Assembly: GCA_016748015.1 (NCBI GenBank)
Contig: JAAOMT010000779.1
Coordinates: forward strand, 248,001-312,000
DNA length: 64,000 nt
Source of the DNA: Geosiphon pyriformis uo1
Taxonomy: Eukaryota; Fungi; Glomeromycota
Direction of reading: 5' to 3'
Part shown: positions 12,301-23,662 of the stretch, piece after piece
How the letters are laid out: each line of letters starts with the position of its first letter
How positions within the stretch are numbered: position 1 is the stretch's first letter
The notes under the pieces: model-generated
The model's input: only the letters and a program-made list of their open reading frames with translations
The model's database searches: none
Told to the model about the DNA's origin: nothing
Translations under genes and position numbers: made by a program

Positions 12301-13380
12301 GAATCTTCCAAGATAGGTCATAACAGTTTCAGATGTTTCTTGTTTGATATTGTAAAAGTGGTTTCTGAGAGTAATAGAGATATTGTTGTCAGTGAATTGT
12401 TGTAGAAAAGCATCTTTGAATGCTTGCCAGTTTTCAAATAGTTTTTCTAAATTTTCAAACCATTTTCCTACTGTTCTTTGGAGAAAGTAGGGAATTGCTT
12501 TAAGCATTTTTGCTACAATCCAACCATTTGCATCTCCTGCTTTTTGAACTTTGTCGAGCCATTCTTGAGAACTGGTATTATTATCTTCACCCATAAATTC
12601 TGGAATCTTTGCAATATAAGCAGTTGCCATTTTCTTTTCGTTTTCTATGGCTTCTCTTTGTTCTGATTCAGTTTCTTCACTTTCCAAATTTTCTGAATGA
12701 TCACTTTTGTTTTCCTGCAAATATTCAATAATATTGGTGCTTGTTGATATAGGTTCCTGTTGTTGAGTAGGATTTCTAGGTGACTAAAAATCTTCTGGTT
12801 TGAAGAAATGGTTAAGTAGTGAATTTGGTGTTTGTGGTCGAGCAAGTAAAATTGGAAATGGTGTGATAGAAAGTAGTAATTTGACACTGGTTCCTTGTTC
12901 AAGTGTTTGCAAGTGTTTGGCAGTTGTCTTTGGTAGTATTGGAGTGTTTGGAGCAGTTTTTGAGTGTTGTTTCACTTTTTGTTTGTCTTTATTGTCTGTT
13001 TCTGTTTCTGATTCAAAGTCAAAAGAGTATTTAGACTGTACTGGGTATTTTTTTTCACAATACTTGATAATGTTGTAATTGAGTTCTTGAAAGTAGATGG
13101 CAAGTGTTTCACTGTTAAGGTCTTCAGTTTCCAATCATGAATAGTGTACTAGATTATTGTAGAGATTGCTTCTCACTTTTGAAATGTTGTAATTTCCAAG
13201 AAGATAATTGTTGATATGGTTTTCAATGTATTGGTAGAGTGTTCTTTCAACAATTTCAATTCCGTCTGGGATGTTGAATCTCTGCTTGCAATGGATGTAA
13301 ATTGACTAATAATACTCTAGAGTTGTTGTGTCTGGTGTGATTGCCACTTTGAAGTTTGTTGTTTGCTGTGTTATTTTCAT
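6342..13380 (-). pseudogene. G1 gag-pol polyprotein (~2340 codons, many stops, two net frameshifts)
   Basis: ATG at 13380 abuts the PBS; capsid IAKIPEF..EWLDKV; protease LILDSGSAGS; [28 protein letters not shown]; integrase DYLTKWPEA, YHPQTNGLIE; most ORF-track pieces share one frame except shifts near 10040 and 8755. Confidence 0.93.
9578..10010 (-). pseudogene. dUTPase domain inside G1 pol, between protease and RT
   Basis: Trimeric dUTPase motifs AGYDL, ASRLSLA, GEVIDAEYTG, IAQAI, RGTQGFGLTG. Confidence 0.93.
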
Positions 13381-13392
13381 GAAAGAGCACCA
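13381..13392 (-). promoter_or_regulatory. Primer-binding site of G1 (TGGTGCTCTTTC)
   Basis: TGG start 2 nt inside the 5' LTR boundary on the minus strand; same TGGTGCTCT next to the LTR at 44367. Confidence 0.85.
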
Positions 13393-13394
13393 AA

Positions 13395-14405
13395 TGTTAC
13401 TGGAGGTTTTTGGTCTCTTTTCTTGAATGTTGTAACTGTTTGTTGGTTGCAAATTCACGTTTTCTAGAAGTAGTTGAACCTTCAATAACTGAATTTATCT
13501 TCAAATTATCTCCTATAATTTGAACTGCTGGGCTTATAAGTGGAATGGCCAATTCCTTGCCAGTTACTTTATGTAGTTATATTGTAGTAAATGTCAACTC
13601 TTTCTCAGGAATTGCTCATCTGAAAGCTCACTAAAAATGTGTAGTTATTTTGCTGTGAAAGTCAACTTTTCTACAGGAATCTCGTCTGTAGGCTACCCTA
13701 ATGATTATAATAAGAAAATAAAAGAAAAGTAAAAGAAAAGTAAAAGAAATTGAATTCTGTCAAGGGAAACGTTTTCTATTCAGGCCTGGAGTTACTAACA
13801 GTTTACTGAAATTGGTAGCTAATTAATTTCAAAACATTAGTTGGGTTTTGGAAATTTTCTAAGTGCAATAATTAAAAAATTTGGTTTTTCAAATTATTTG
13901 GTATTTATTTCTTTTTGTGTGTATAGGAATGGTTCTAAGTGATAAATTTAAAATAAGATACATTTTTTTGAAGAGAAAAGCTCTTCTTTTATACAACTTG
14001 TTGTAATACTAGTCTATGAACTTGCACTTTTTCTCTTTGCTTAAATTTCGGCAAACTAAAGATACATTTTAATGGACTACAAGTTATTTCACTGAACTAT
14101 TGATTAATTTGGGTGAACTATTTATAATTTTGGCAAATTTCTATAAATTTTGGCAAATTTCTTATAAATTTCAGTGAATTTCTGTAAATTTCGGCAAATT
14201 TTTGAATGTTACAAAGTTTAGGGTATTGTGTAATTTGATTATTCTACTTTTTGTTATACTAATTGAATTATTTAATTGAATCGTGATATGTGATAATTGA
14301 TTAAATAATAAATGATAATTTGAAATGATATTAATATACTAATTAATTATAGGAATTATAAAAGTAATTTCATGCTAATTAATAGCTAAAATTTTACTGG
14401 TAACA
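13395..14405 (-). repeat. G1 5' LTR (1011 bp)
   Basis: Direct repeat of 4469-5459 with one extra ~20-bp unit of the internal AATTTCGGCGAATTTCT.TA tandem. Confidence 0.97.
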
Positions 14406-14640
14406 ACACTATTCACATAAGTTTTCTTCTTGCCACTAGACCAAATCCCCAATCCAGCTAAATCAGCACTAGAACTACTAGCAGAAGAGCCCACCAGTTC
14501 TATAGCAACAAATAAAAGTGAAAGAAAAAAAATAACTGCAAAAACAAGGAGTAGGAAGTAAAAGAAAGGTTATTTCAGCTACAAAATATTTAATGCTCTT
14601 ATTGTGATCAAAGAATTGATAAAAGAGAGTCTATTTTTTA
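14406..14640 (-). mobile_element. 5' end of LINE copy 1 (5'UTR and ORF1 N-terminus), split from 1-4468 by the Gypsy insertion
   Basis: Continues across the ACAC TSD; ATAGAACTGG (decayed ATG GAA CTG) at 14503 matches copy 2 at 30290; outer boundary approximate. Confidence 0.85.
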
Positions 14641-17350
14641 GTTTTTTTGATATTATATACTTAATTATTTTAAACATAATTAATTTTAACTTGTAATAAA
14701 TATATAAAATTTTTTTTTATTTTTATTAAATCTTGTTTAAATTTTTTAAAACATTGGTTAACTAATTTTAACACAATATTATTTATTAATTTAATATTTT
14801 AAAATTTTTTTGTTATTTTTTTTATTAATAATTTTTTTAATATATTATAGTTTAAGCAAATTTTATAATTATTTTTTATGTTATATTTATATATTTTTTT
14901 AATAATTTTTAATAATTTTATATTAATTAAAGTTTTAATATTAATTAAAATTATAATACTTTTATGGTTTGTAAAAAAATTTTAATGTTTGAAATTTTTA
15001 TCTTAAAATTAATAAATATATAATTTATAATTTTTTATATCTTTAAAGTTCTCTTGTATTTATTTAAATTTTTTTAGTTTGTTATTAATTATATTAATTA
15101 AGTTCAATTTTTTATGTAATTTGTGTTAATTAAATTTTTAAATTTTTTATTATAATCATATTATAACTTTTGTTTATTTTTTTAACTATTAAAAAATTAA
15201 ATATTTTTAATTGTTTTAATTTAATATATATTTTTAATATTAATATATTTATGTTTTTTTTAAAAAATAATTTTAAAATTAAAATTGTTTTTATTTTAAT
15301 TATTTTTTTTGTTATTTGTAAAAATTTTCAATTTATTAAATTTATTTTTTATTTAGAATATAATTTTGTAACTTAATTTAATTTTTACAATAATTAAAAT
15401 TGTGTTTTTTTTGGTTTTGTGCTATTTTATTATTGTCAAATATTTTTTATATAATATATAAATATTTTAGAAGTGTTGTTTATTCTAATTATTGTTTTAT
15501 TAATTTGTATTTTAGTAAAATAATTTGTAATTATTATAAATAAATTTTTAAGTTTGGTTTTTATTTATATTTTTATTTTCTGGTTTTTTTAAATATAGAA
15601 TTTTTATAATTATCTGATTTTTTAACTTTAAAGTTAATATTTATTTTAATATATTAATTACCAATTAAATTAAGTTGCTAAAATTTTTTTATATTTTGCC
15701 AAATTTTTTAACTTATTTATATTTTTTTGTTTCAATTTACTGTAATTTTTATACTTTTTTTTGGTTTTTTTGCTCTATATTTTATTTATAACTTGCTTCA
15801 AATTTATCTTTTTATTTATAATCTTTTTACTTAATAACTTTAATTTATTTTAAAATATTATTTGTGTTTATATAATTTTTTAAAAAAAAAACTGATTAAT
15901 TAATAAGTAGCTTTTTTTATATTATTGTGTTACAATAACAATTTTTTGTATTTTTATTAATTTTATAAATGTTTTATATACGAAGTTTTAATTTTAAATT
16001 GTTTAGTTTAATTCAATTACATATTACTTTATAAAATTTAAAAATGGTTTTTAATATATTTTTTAACGTGTTTTAAAATTAAAACAGATTGTAATAACTT
16101 TTTTTTGTATATAATACCATATTTCTAATAATATATATTTTTTAATGTTTTTTTATAAATTTTTTTATTAAGATGTTTTTTAATAAATTAATTAAAATAA
16201 CTTTGTATTTGTTTTTTTTTCTTATGTTTTTTTATTTTTAATAAATTTAATTATTACTAATTAAAATTGTTTAATTAGTTATTTTTTTTTATTTGTTTTA
16301 ATTTTAAAAATTTTATTTTAGCTTTTTGTCAAATTTTTTAATTAACTGTATTTTACAATTTTTATTTATTTAAAAATTAATAAAATTGTTTTTATTGTTT
16401 TATAAATATTTTTTTTTGTTAAATTTAATTAGCATATTTTTAACATTTTTATTTATTGTTATATATTTTTTATTAATTAACTTAATAACAGCTTTTTTTT
16501 AACTTGAAAATAAATATAACTTTAATGAATTTTTTGAATTTTTTGAAAGTAAAAACTTTTTCTATATTAATATAATTTAAGTTTTTTTTATTATTTAATT
16601 TAATATTATGATTATTTAATTTTTTTATATTTAAATCAAATTTCAAAAGTTTTATACTTTTTAATTTTTTTTTAGATATTTTTATTCTTAATATTAAAAG
16701 TATAAGTATTTATATTTAAGTTAATAAGTTTTATAATTTTTTATTTATTTATATCTAATTTTATTGATTTTTTATAATAAGCTGGATTTTTTTTAAGAAA
16801 TTTTTAAAAATATTATTTCTTAACTTATTTGAAACAAACAAATTTAATTTTTTTGTATTTAGATAAAACAAAAATATTAAATATAAACAGAATTTTATAA
16901 TTTATTTCTTTAATTTTTAATAAATAAATAAATAATTAATTAATTTTTAATGAGAAAAAAATTATATATATTATTATTATTATTAAAATATTAATTTTAT
17001 TTTATTTTTTATTTTTTGGCCAAATTTATAATTAACTTTAAAATTTAAAATTTAATAAACTTAAAAAAATAATTTTTAATTAAGATTATTTATAAGTTAT
17101 TAAATCAATTTTTTTTTTAATAATTTAATATAAATAAAAAACATAAAAAAGATATAATTTAAATAAACTTTTAAAACAAAAATATTTATATATTTTTACA
17201 ATTAAATAATATTGCAAAATTTTAATAAAAGAATTATTTTTTGTAATTAACAAATATTTATTTAATTATTTAATCAAAATATTATAAACATGCATTATAA
17301 TTCAGTTTTGCTAATTAAATACAATTTTAATTGATTTATATAATTGTTTA
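14641..17350. other. Extremely AT-rich tract (about 90% AT by eye)
   Basis: Almost no G/C and no credible ORF; T-skewed on the plus strand like the decayed minus-strand Gypsy copies. Confidence 0.8.
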
Positions 17351-17990
17351 TATGTAAAAATTGCATGAACTGTATTTATTTTGAGCCATGTATGTATATA
17401 AATAGTAGTCGAACTACATTTAATAAAAGCATTTAAAAAAAATCTCATACAAAATATCATTAAAAAATTTTAGTTTTTAGTTTTTGAACTTTTAAACTAA
17501 ATGAATGATGTAAAAAATATAAGGAAATTGTTTATTTAACTTCGTGTTTATCCCAATAGTTTATAAAATCCTGCATTAGGCATTTTATTTTTATTTCTAG
17601 AAATATCAAATCCAAGATAAGAGCTGCATGTATTTGCCATGTATTTGCCATGTATTATAGTTTCAACAAATTGGGAAATGATTCTTAAATTCTTATGAAC
17701 ATGAACTTTTCTAAACAATTACATTTTTGTTATCGAATTGTTTTACTTAAGTTTCTCATTATATAGATAATTTTGGGCGAATTCAAGTTTTTCAGATAAT
17801 CAAAACGTAAAGCGTACAATGATAAAATTATAATTTATGGAAAAAAGTTTGGGCAAGCATTTTTATAGCAAAACTTAGTCATGCAAGTAAACCCAGATAG
17901 CAATTTTCTCTCGGTCTACTCTTCTGGGGCAAAAAGTGGTAAATGATCTGCAATAAAGTAATTTGGTTCTTGGTATATTTTATGAACCCT

Positions 17991-19570
17991 TCATAGAATG
18001 TCATCCCATCCAGTACCAAATGCTGAATTTTCGTTGGCAGCAGTACCAGCATAATAACTTTCATCGTAATCATGAGCTTGAACGTCATATTTCTTCCAAT
18101 CTTGCTGATTATTTTCTTGATACTCAACTTGGTATTCTTCTAAGTAGTATCCTCCCATTTGCTCAATTTCTTCATCGTCGACTTCTTGATCGACATCGGA
18201 ATGATCAACATCGATTTCTCCACCCCATTCAGTGGAATGAATTGTATGAAGCCATTCATGTTCATCATCGGGGTCGGAAAGGATGAATTCATTTCCATCG
18301 AATTCGGTACTTTCCCAATCATATGAGCCATAAATAAAATAACTTAAGGACTCCTCAAATTCTCGATTCTTTTGTCCAAGCGAACTGGAAGGAGGACCAA
18401 GAGCACATCGTGTACCATCGGGATTCGCATGTTTAAAGAAACACATATCGCCAAATGGGCAAGTTTTCTTCTTTGCGAAGTATTTGCAAGGAATTTGTCC
18501 AACATGTTCCTTATATCCATTTATAATGCTTTCTTTTCCAGAACCAGTGCAAGCATAGCGAGATGATGGAACAACATAGTAAGAGATTTTTCGACACATA
18601 GGGCATCCCTTTGTAATTTCCAAACCGCCGTCGGAATCTATCTCAGATTTACGCCATTTACGTATGCATTCTGAAAAATTTGGATAAGAAATAATTCAAA
18701 ATGTCACAATCAAAGGTTTCCTTTACTTAAAACAAACAAGAAAAGGATAATAAGTGATGAAATACCAAGACAGAAGGTGTGGTCACATGATTCTGTAGAA
18801 ATTGGAAGTTTAAAAATAAAAATTAATTGTCGAAAATTGGCTGAAAAGATTTTTTATGATTATTACCAAGTAATCCATAAGTAGTAGGGATATCAAAGCA
18901 AATGGAGCAGGCATTTTCGGAATTTTCCGCCTCTTTTGCCTTTTCCTTGGAGAAATTTGCTTCTTTCTGAACTGGTGTTTCATGCAAGAACCAGCATTTT
19001 TTATCATATCGACAATAGCCTCTTTGGAAAAACTTGCACGGCGCTTTATTCTCTGATAAAAAAGCTCCAGGATTTTCTATTTTGATGTGAGCTTCCGTTT
19101 TAATAGGTGCCTCTGAAGGCGCCTCGACTTTAATGTGAACGTTGAAGCTACTTGAACTAACACTTGTAGATGAAGCCGTTTTTGCGAATTTTTGATCGGT
19201 AGATTCTATCTTTATGGGGACCGAGAAACTTTCCTCTCTGTGAATATTGAAAGTTTCGATATTTGGGATTTTTATCATTCATTTTAGACCTCAAATTTTA
19301 AATATTTACAACTTACTGATTGGTTGAGCTTTGATTCGAACGTGATTGGGTATTAATAGAACTTTCGGCGACAACCGACATATTGGTTGCGTTGGACCTA
19401 GATGTTTGTGGTTTTTGACCTTGCTTTGAGGAAGTTGCGGAATCACGGGTCGCGTGAGATTGGTTAGGAATTGGGTGCATAAAATTGCAGTTACGATCCT
19501 TATAGCATGTTCCTTGAGCAAAAAATCGACAGTTTTCGCGGCGAGTAGCTGAGGTAGGAAGAAATTCCAT
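17991..19570 (-). CDS. Makorin-family CCCH/RING E3 ubiquitin ligase; exons 19570-19317, 19237-18867, 18792-18766, 18670-17991
   Basis: CCCH fingers CRFFAQGTCYKDRNCNFMH and CKFFQRGYCRYDKKCWFLH; spliced C3HC4 RING CSIC..GLLESCDHTFCLECIRKWR..CPMCR; C-terminal CKYF..CPFGDMCFFKH; GT-AG introns keep the frame. Confidence 0.88.
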
Positions 19571-19879
19571 TCTCGAAGCTGGTAATTTTCCAAGATCAAC
19601 CAAGTGAAAAAGCTATTCACAGGAAATCTCTCTCACTTAAACTTAGAAAGAGGCAATTACAGTGAGTTAGAATTGTTGAAAATGCAGGACTTTGGCTATT
19701 TATTTCGAAAATCGATCATAGAATGTCAATTTCCCGGGATCCCGGAGTCAAGCACAGTAATACAAAAATGATCAAGGCTTTCGGCCTAAAACTATCGGAA
19801 CTTTGGTGATTTTTAATTGGTGTACCGAGAAACTTGTTCAACCATTTTCAGATCTTTGATATGTTGTGATACAACGTGA

Positions 19880-20492
19880 CTTAAATAAAAATTAAATTTA
19901 TTATAGATAACAAAATTTAATTATATCAATAATCAATAATATTAAAAAATTTTATTTGATTATATTTTTTATTACTTTGTATATTATAGTGTGTTTTATT
20001 TTTATTTAAAAATAGTAAATATAAATATATTTTTTATAATTTTAAAAATCAAAAAACTTTTTTTTTTCCATATATTTATAATTACAATTAGAACAAAAAG
20101 TAAAAAATTACAATACTTTTAATATTTGAAGCATTTGATAATATTTTTACCAATAAAATATTTATAACTGTTGAAACTGCTTAACAGTACTTTATAAAAA
20201 TAATTTTTTTAAATAAAATAATAATAAATTAGTTTTTTATTAATTTTAAAAATACTTTAATTAAGAGTTTTTCTTTTTCAAAGTTTTTTTTTAAAAAATC
20301 CGTTTGGAATAATTTTTATAGCTAAAATATAAAAAATATAAAAAACAAATAATTATGTTTTAATAATTAAATAAATATAAATATAATTTAAAAATTTATT
20401 ACAAAAAAATCATAATAATTATGATAAATATATTTTTTAATTATTTTAAAAATTAAAAAAAAGTTGAATATATTTTTTATATGTGTTTTTGG

Positions 20493-20523
<31 letters not shown>

Positions 20524-21420
20524 TAATACATTTGGTTTTATATAATATTGTTTTAATGGCTAGCCACATGTAGAAAGTGCGTGAGTCGCGTTTAGTTTGA
20601 GTTTCTTAGTTTGGTTCTGTGTACTAGATAGCGATTGGGCTACACTCATTAAAAAAAAATTGTTTTAATAAAAATTCAAATAATTAATTATATGTTTTAA
20701 ATACATAATTTATGTTATTATTTATAAAAAAAAGAATTAATAATTAATATATAACATAAATTAACTAATTATATATTAAAAATAAAAAAATAAAATAGTA
20801 TTAAAAAGTTCAAAAATATTAACAAAAGTACTAAAAATTTTAAAAATACCAAAAATATTAATAATAATTAAAAAAAAGTATAAAAATAATTAGAAATACA
20901 AAAATATCTTATATTATAAAAGCTATATATATAAAAATTATATTAAAAAAATATTTTAATATTTAAAACACCAGAATAAACCAGTTATCATGTTAAAAAA
21001 GTAAAACACCAAATGTTGTTAATTATTAAAACTTGAATTTCTGTTTTTTTATACAAAAAACTCAATCATAAAAATCTTTAAATATATTAGAATCTTCAAA
21101 TTACATAATTATATTACAATACTAATTTTGGAATTATAAATTAATATATATATCTATAACAATAATTATAATTTTTATATGTAGTTAAAATAGATATTAA
21201 AAGAATTTTACTTTGTTAAAATATTAAAAAAAATTTTAAAGTTAAATAATTATTACCTTTTTACTTATAATAATTATTTCAATATTAGATTAAGATAAAA
21301 ACAATTAATATTATGGAAATGTCTGTAAAAAATTGAAACAAAAAAATAGTTATTTTTATAGATACAATAATTAAAAAACAGAATCAATATTTCTTAAAAA
21401 CAACTACTGTTAACAATAAA
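19880..21420. other. Extremely AT-rich tract between divergent makorin-like and TAN1 genes; includes an (AAT)n microsatellite at ~20498-20528
   Basis: Composition, with sharp transitions to CpG-containing promoter DNA at both ends. Confidence 0.75.
20558..20658 (+). mobile_element. 101-bp 5'-truncated LINE 3'UTR copy (SINE-like) with A-tail and 11-bp TSD
   Basis: Matches the reverse complement of 23548-23642 (CACATGTAGAAAGTGC core); flanked by ATTGTTTTAAT at 20547-20557 and 20659-20669. Confidence 0.9.
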
Positions 21421-21570
21421 CAGCTGTATTTTGGGAAAGAGGAGAGTTACTAAGTAATGATTGATAGGCAAAAATTTTCAGCGCCTTATATGATTAAGGT
21501 GATTGGTAAACAAAAAAGTTTAAATTTTCCTATAAACTTTTAAGTTTTTGGAATCTTTCACTTAAAAAAG

Positions 21571-23154
21571 ATGTCTGCTTCTCGCAAACGAAAGATTAAT
21601 ACCGAGTCGGAAGCGGATCGGAAGAAGAGAAAAGGTAAATGCATTAAAAATATTCCAAGATCGACAATAGAATATGATATATTCTCTACGTTGATTACAG
21701 GTTATTTTAGTAGACAAACTAACAATAGCGTGGCGAATTTGGAGCCAAACATATCTGGTATTTTTATCAGTTGTCCCAAACACAAGGAGCGGAATTGTGT
21801 TAGAGAATGTTATGATTTGTTCAATGAAGTAAGTCTTCCTTGTTTAATGCAAATATTCCCGTTAATTCAACCTTATGATTCTCAAAAATCAATCAAAGTA
21901 TGTTGAAAAGCTTTATGAAGTCGAGAATTCATCTGATCCACCAAATGAAGGTTCCACAGAGGACGTAGAAACAGCCTTTCTTAAAGAACTTGCATCGATG
22001 AAGAAGAAACATGGGGAATATATGTTTTCTTCAATACAAACTGGAACTGATTGCTGTAATTTGTTTTTGCAAGTTTATTTGGTGGTGCAAATTCTTCATT
22101 TTATTAATTTTACTAAATTGAAGTTTCTCAATAATAGCTGTATTTCTTAAAACAAATCCACCGGTTGACCCAGTACAACTGGTTCATTATATCTTAACCG
22201 ATATCAATAAGACAAAACAAAAAAAAACCAGGTATTTTTATTCTTTTATGAATCTGATTTATCTTTTCCTAATTGGTGGATTAATTATCCCATACATTTG
22301 AATCCAATAGATTTACCCAACGGCTAACCCCAATAACAAAAACTTGTTTTGCAAATATCCCTGCTATTGTTGAATTGGCTAAGGAAGTCCTTGGTCCTCA
22401 TTTTGGTTGCAAAGGGGAAGTATCCCCAAGAAAAATCGCAGTAAGTGGGACGAAAAGTGGCTTTCTTCGAAAGTTGATTGATATTTATCTATTTCTTGAT
22501 TATTACTGGAGTACTCTGTTATGCCAAGGATTCGTAACAACTCGAAAATTGAAAGATTAGAATTGATTGATACTATAGTTGGGATTGTTGGGAAACAACA
22601 TCCTGTCAACCTGGATAACCCGGAGCTTGTAATTATCGTTGAGGTTTTTAAGGTTAGTTTTTTGCGATATGAAACGTCTGGTGCTCTTTTGAGCCAACTG
22701 CCTAACAATAAAGTTACTATAAGTGCATACCATGTGTTTTCTTAAGATGGAAATTGAAATAAAGGGTCGCTGAGAACTATACCTTTTTTTATTATCGTCC
22801 ACAAATTATCATATTTCAATAAAGCTCAGCATTTGATTATTATATTTTTTTGCTCAACAATTTTACCAGAGCATTTGTGGAATAAGCGTTGTTCAAGATT
22901 ATTATAAGCTCAAGAAATATAATCTTGAGACGATAACTGTTGACGAAACAGACGCGAACCAGGAAACCACCAAGGCGCGCAATCAGAAGGATGAGGAAGT
23001 TGGAATCAGGAATATACGGGCTGGAGAACAGAAAAAAGTGGGCGAAAGTCAGGATGAAGAGTCGATTGCTGGTAAGGACATTGAGGAAGATAAAGAAGAT
23101 CCAGAAAATAAAAAGTTCGAGGGTGTGAATCCTATAGAAAATGAAAACGACTAG
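21571..23154 (+). CDS. TAN1: THUMP-domain tRNA acetylation adaptor (Tan1/THUMPD1), multi-exon
   Basis: GIFISCPKHKERNCVRECYDLFNE; TRFTQRLTPITKTC; RIRNN; HPVNLDNPELVIIVEVFK-SICGISVVQDYYKLKKYNL; acidic tail to TAG at 23152-23154. Confidence 0.9.
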
Positions 23155-23662
23155 AATTGAGTTAACATCAAAATGAGAAATGGGAGATAATTTTCAGAGC
23201 CTGGATTATTTCAGGGATTTCTTTTGTAAATTTTTTGTTTCAATATTTGGATTTTAATTAATTGGTAACAAATATTTTATAATTTAATTGTTATTTAGTA
23301 CATATATTTATATGTAAAATAAATATACAATAATATTTTAATATTTAACATAAGTATATAAAAAGCTTTTAAATAAACAAATATTTTAATAATATTTAAC
23401 AGGTTTGTTCTTATAAGTTGCTTAAATTAAAAAAATTAATGGCTTAATATTTTATATTAATGTATTGTAAATTTAATTTTTTAATAAAAAAGATAAATTT
23501 ATTAAAATTTTACATATATTAAAATTTTTTTTTTTTATTTATTTATTTAACAAGTGAAGTCCAAACATTGCCTAGTGCAATACATTATACAAATAATCTA
23601 AATTAGGTGTGAATCATGCACTTTCTACATGTGACCAGTCACTCAGACCAATCAGGACAACA

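Larger units (their letters stand above)
4469..14405 (-). mobile_element. Full-length decayed Ty3/Gypsy LTR retrotransposon (element G1), 9.9 kb
   Basis: Two ~1-kb LTRs with TGTTAC...GTAACA ends; ACAC TSD (4465-4468 and 14406-14409); PBS and PPT; order gag-PR-Cys-rich-dUTPase-RT-RH-IN-ORF3. Confidence 0.97.

Noticed and set aside
15170-15376. 68-aa F/I/N/K-rich ORF suggesting an organellar insertion
   Set aside because: Compositional artefact of AT-rich DNA; no recognisable mitochondrial motif.
23600-23660. Hammerhead ribozyme in the LINE 3'UTR (CTGA..GA, GAAA plus stem)
   Set aside because: Core reads CTGAGTGA rather than CTGAnGA, and stems I/II and the cleavage triplet could not be built consistently in both copies.
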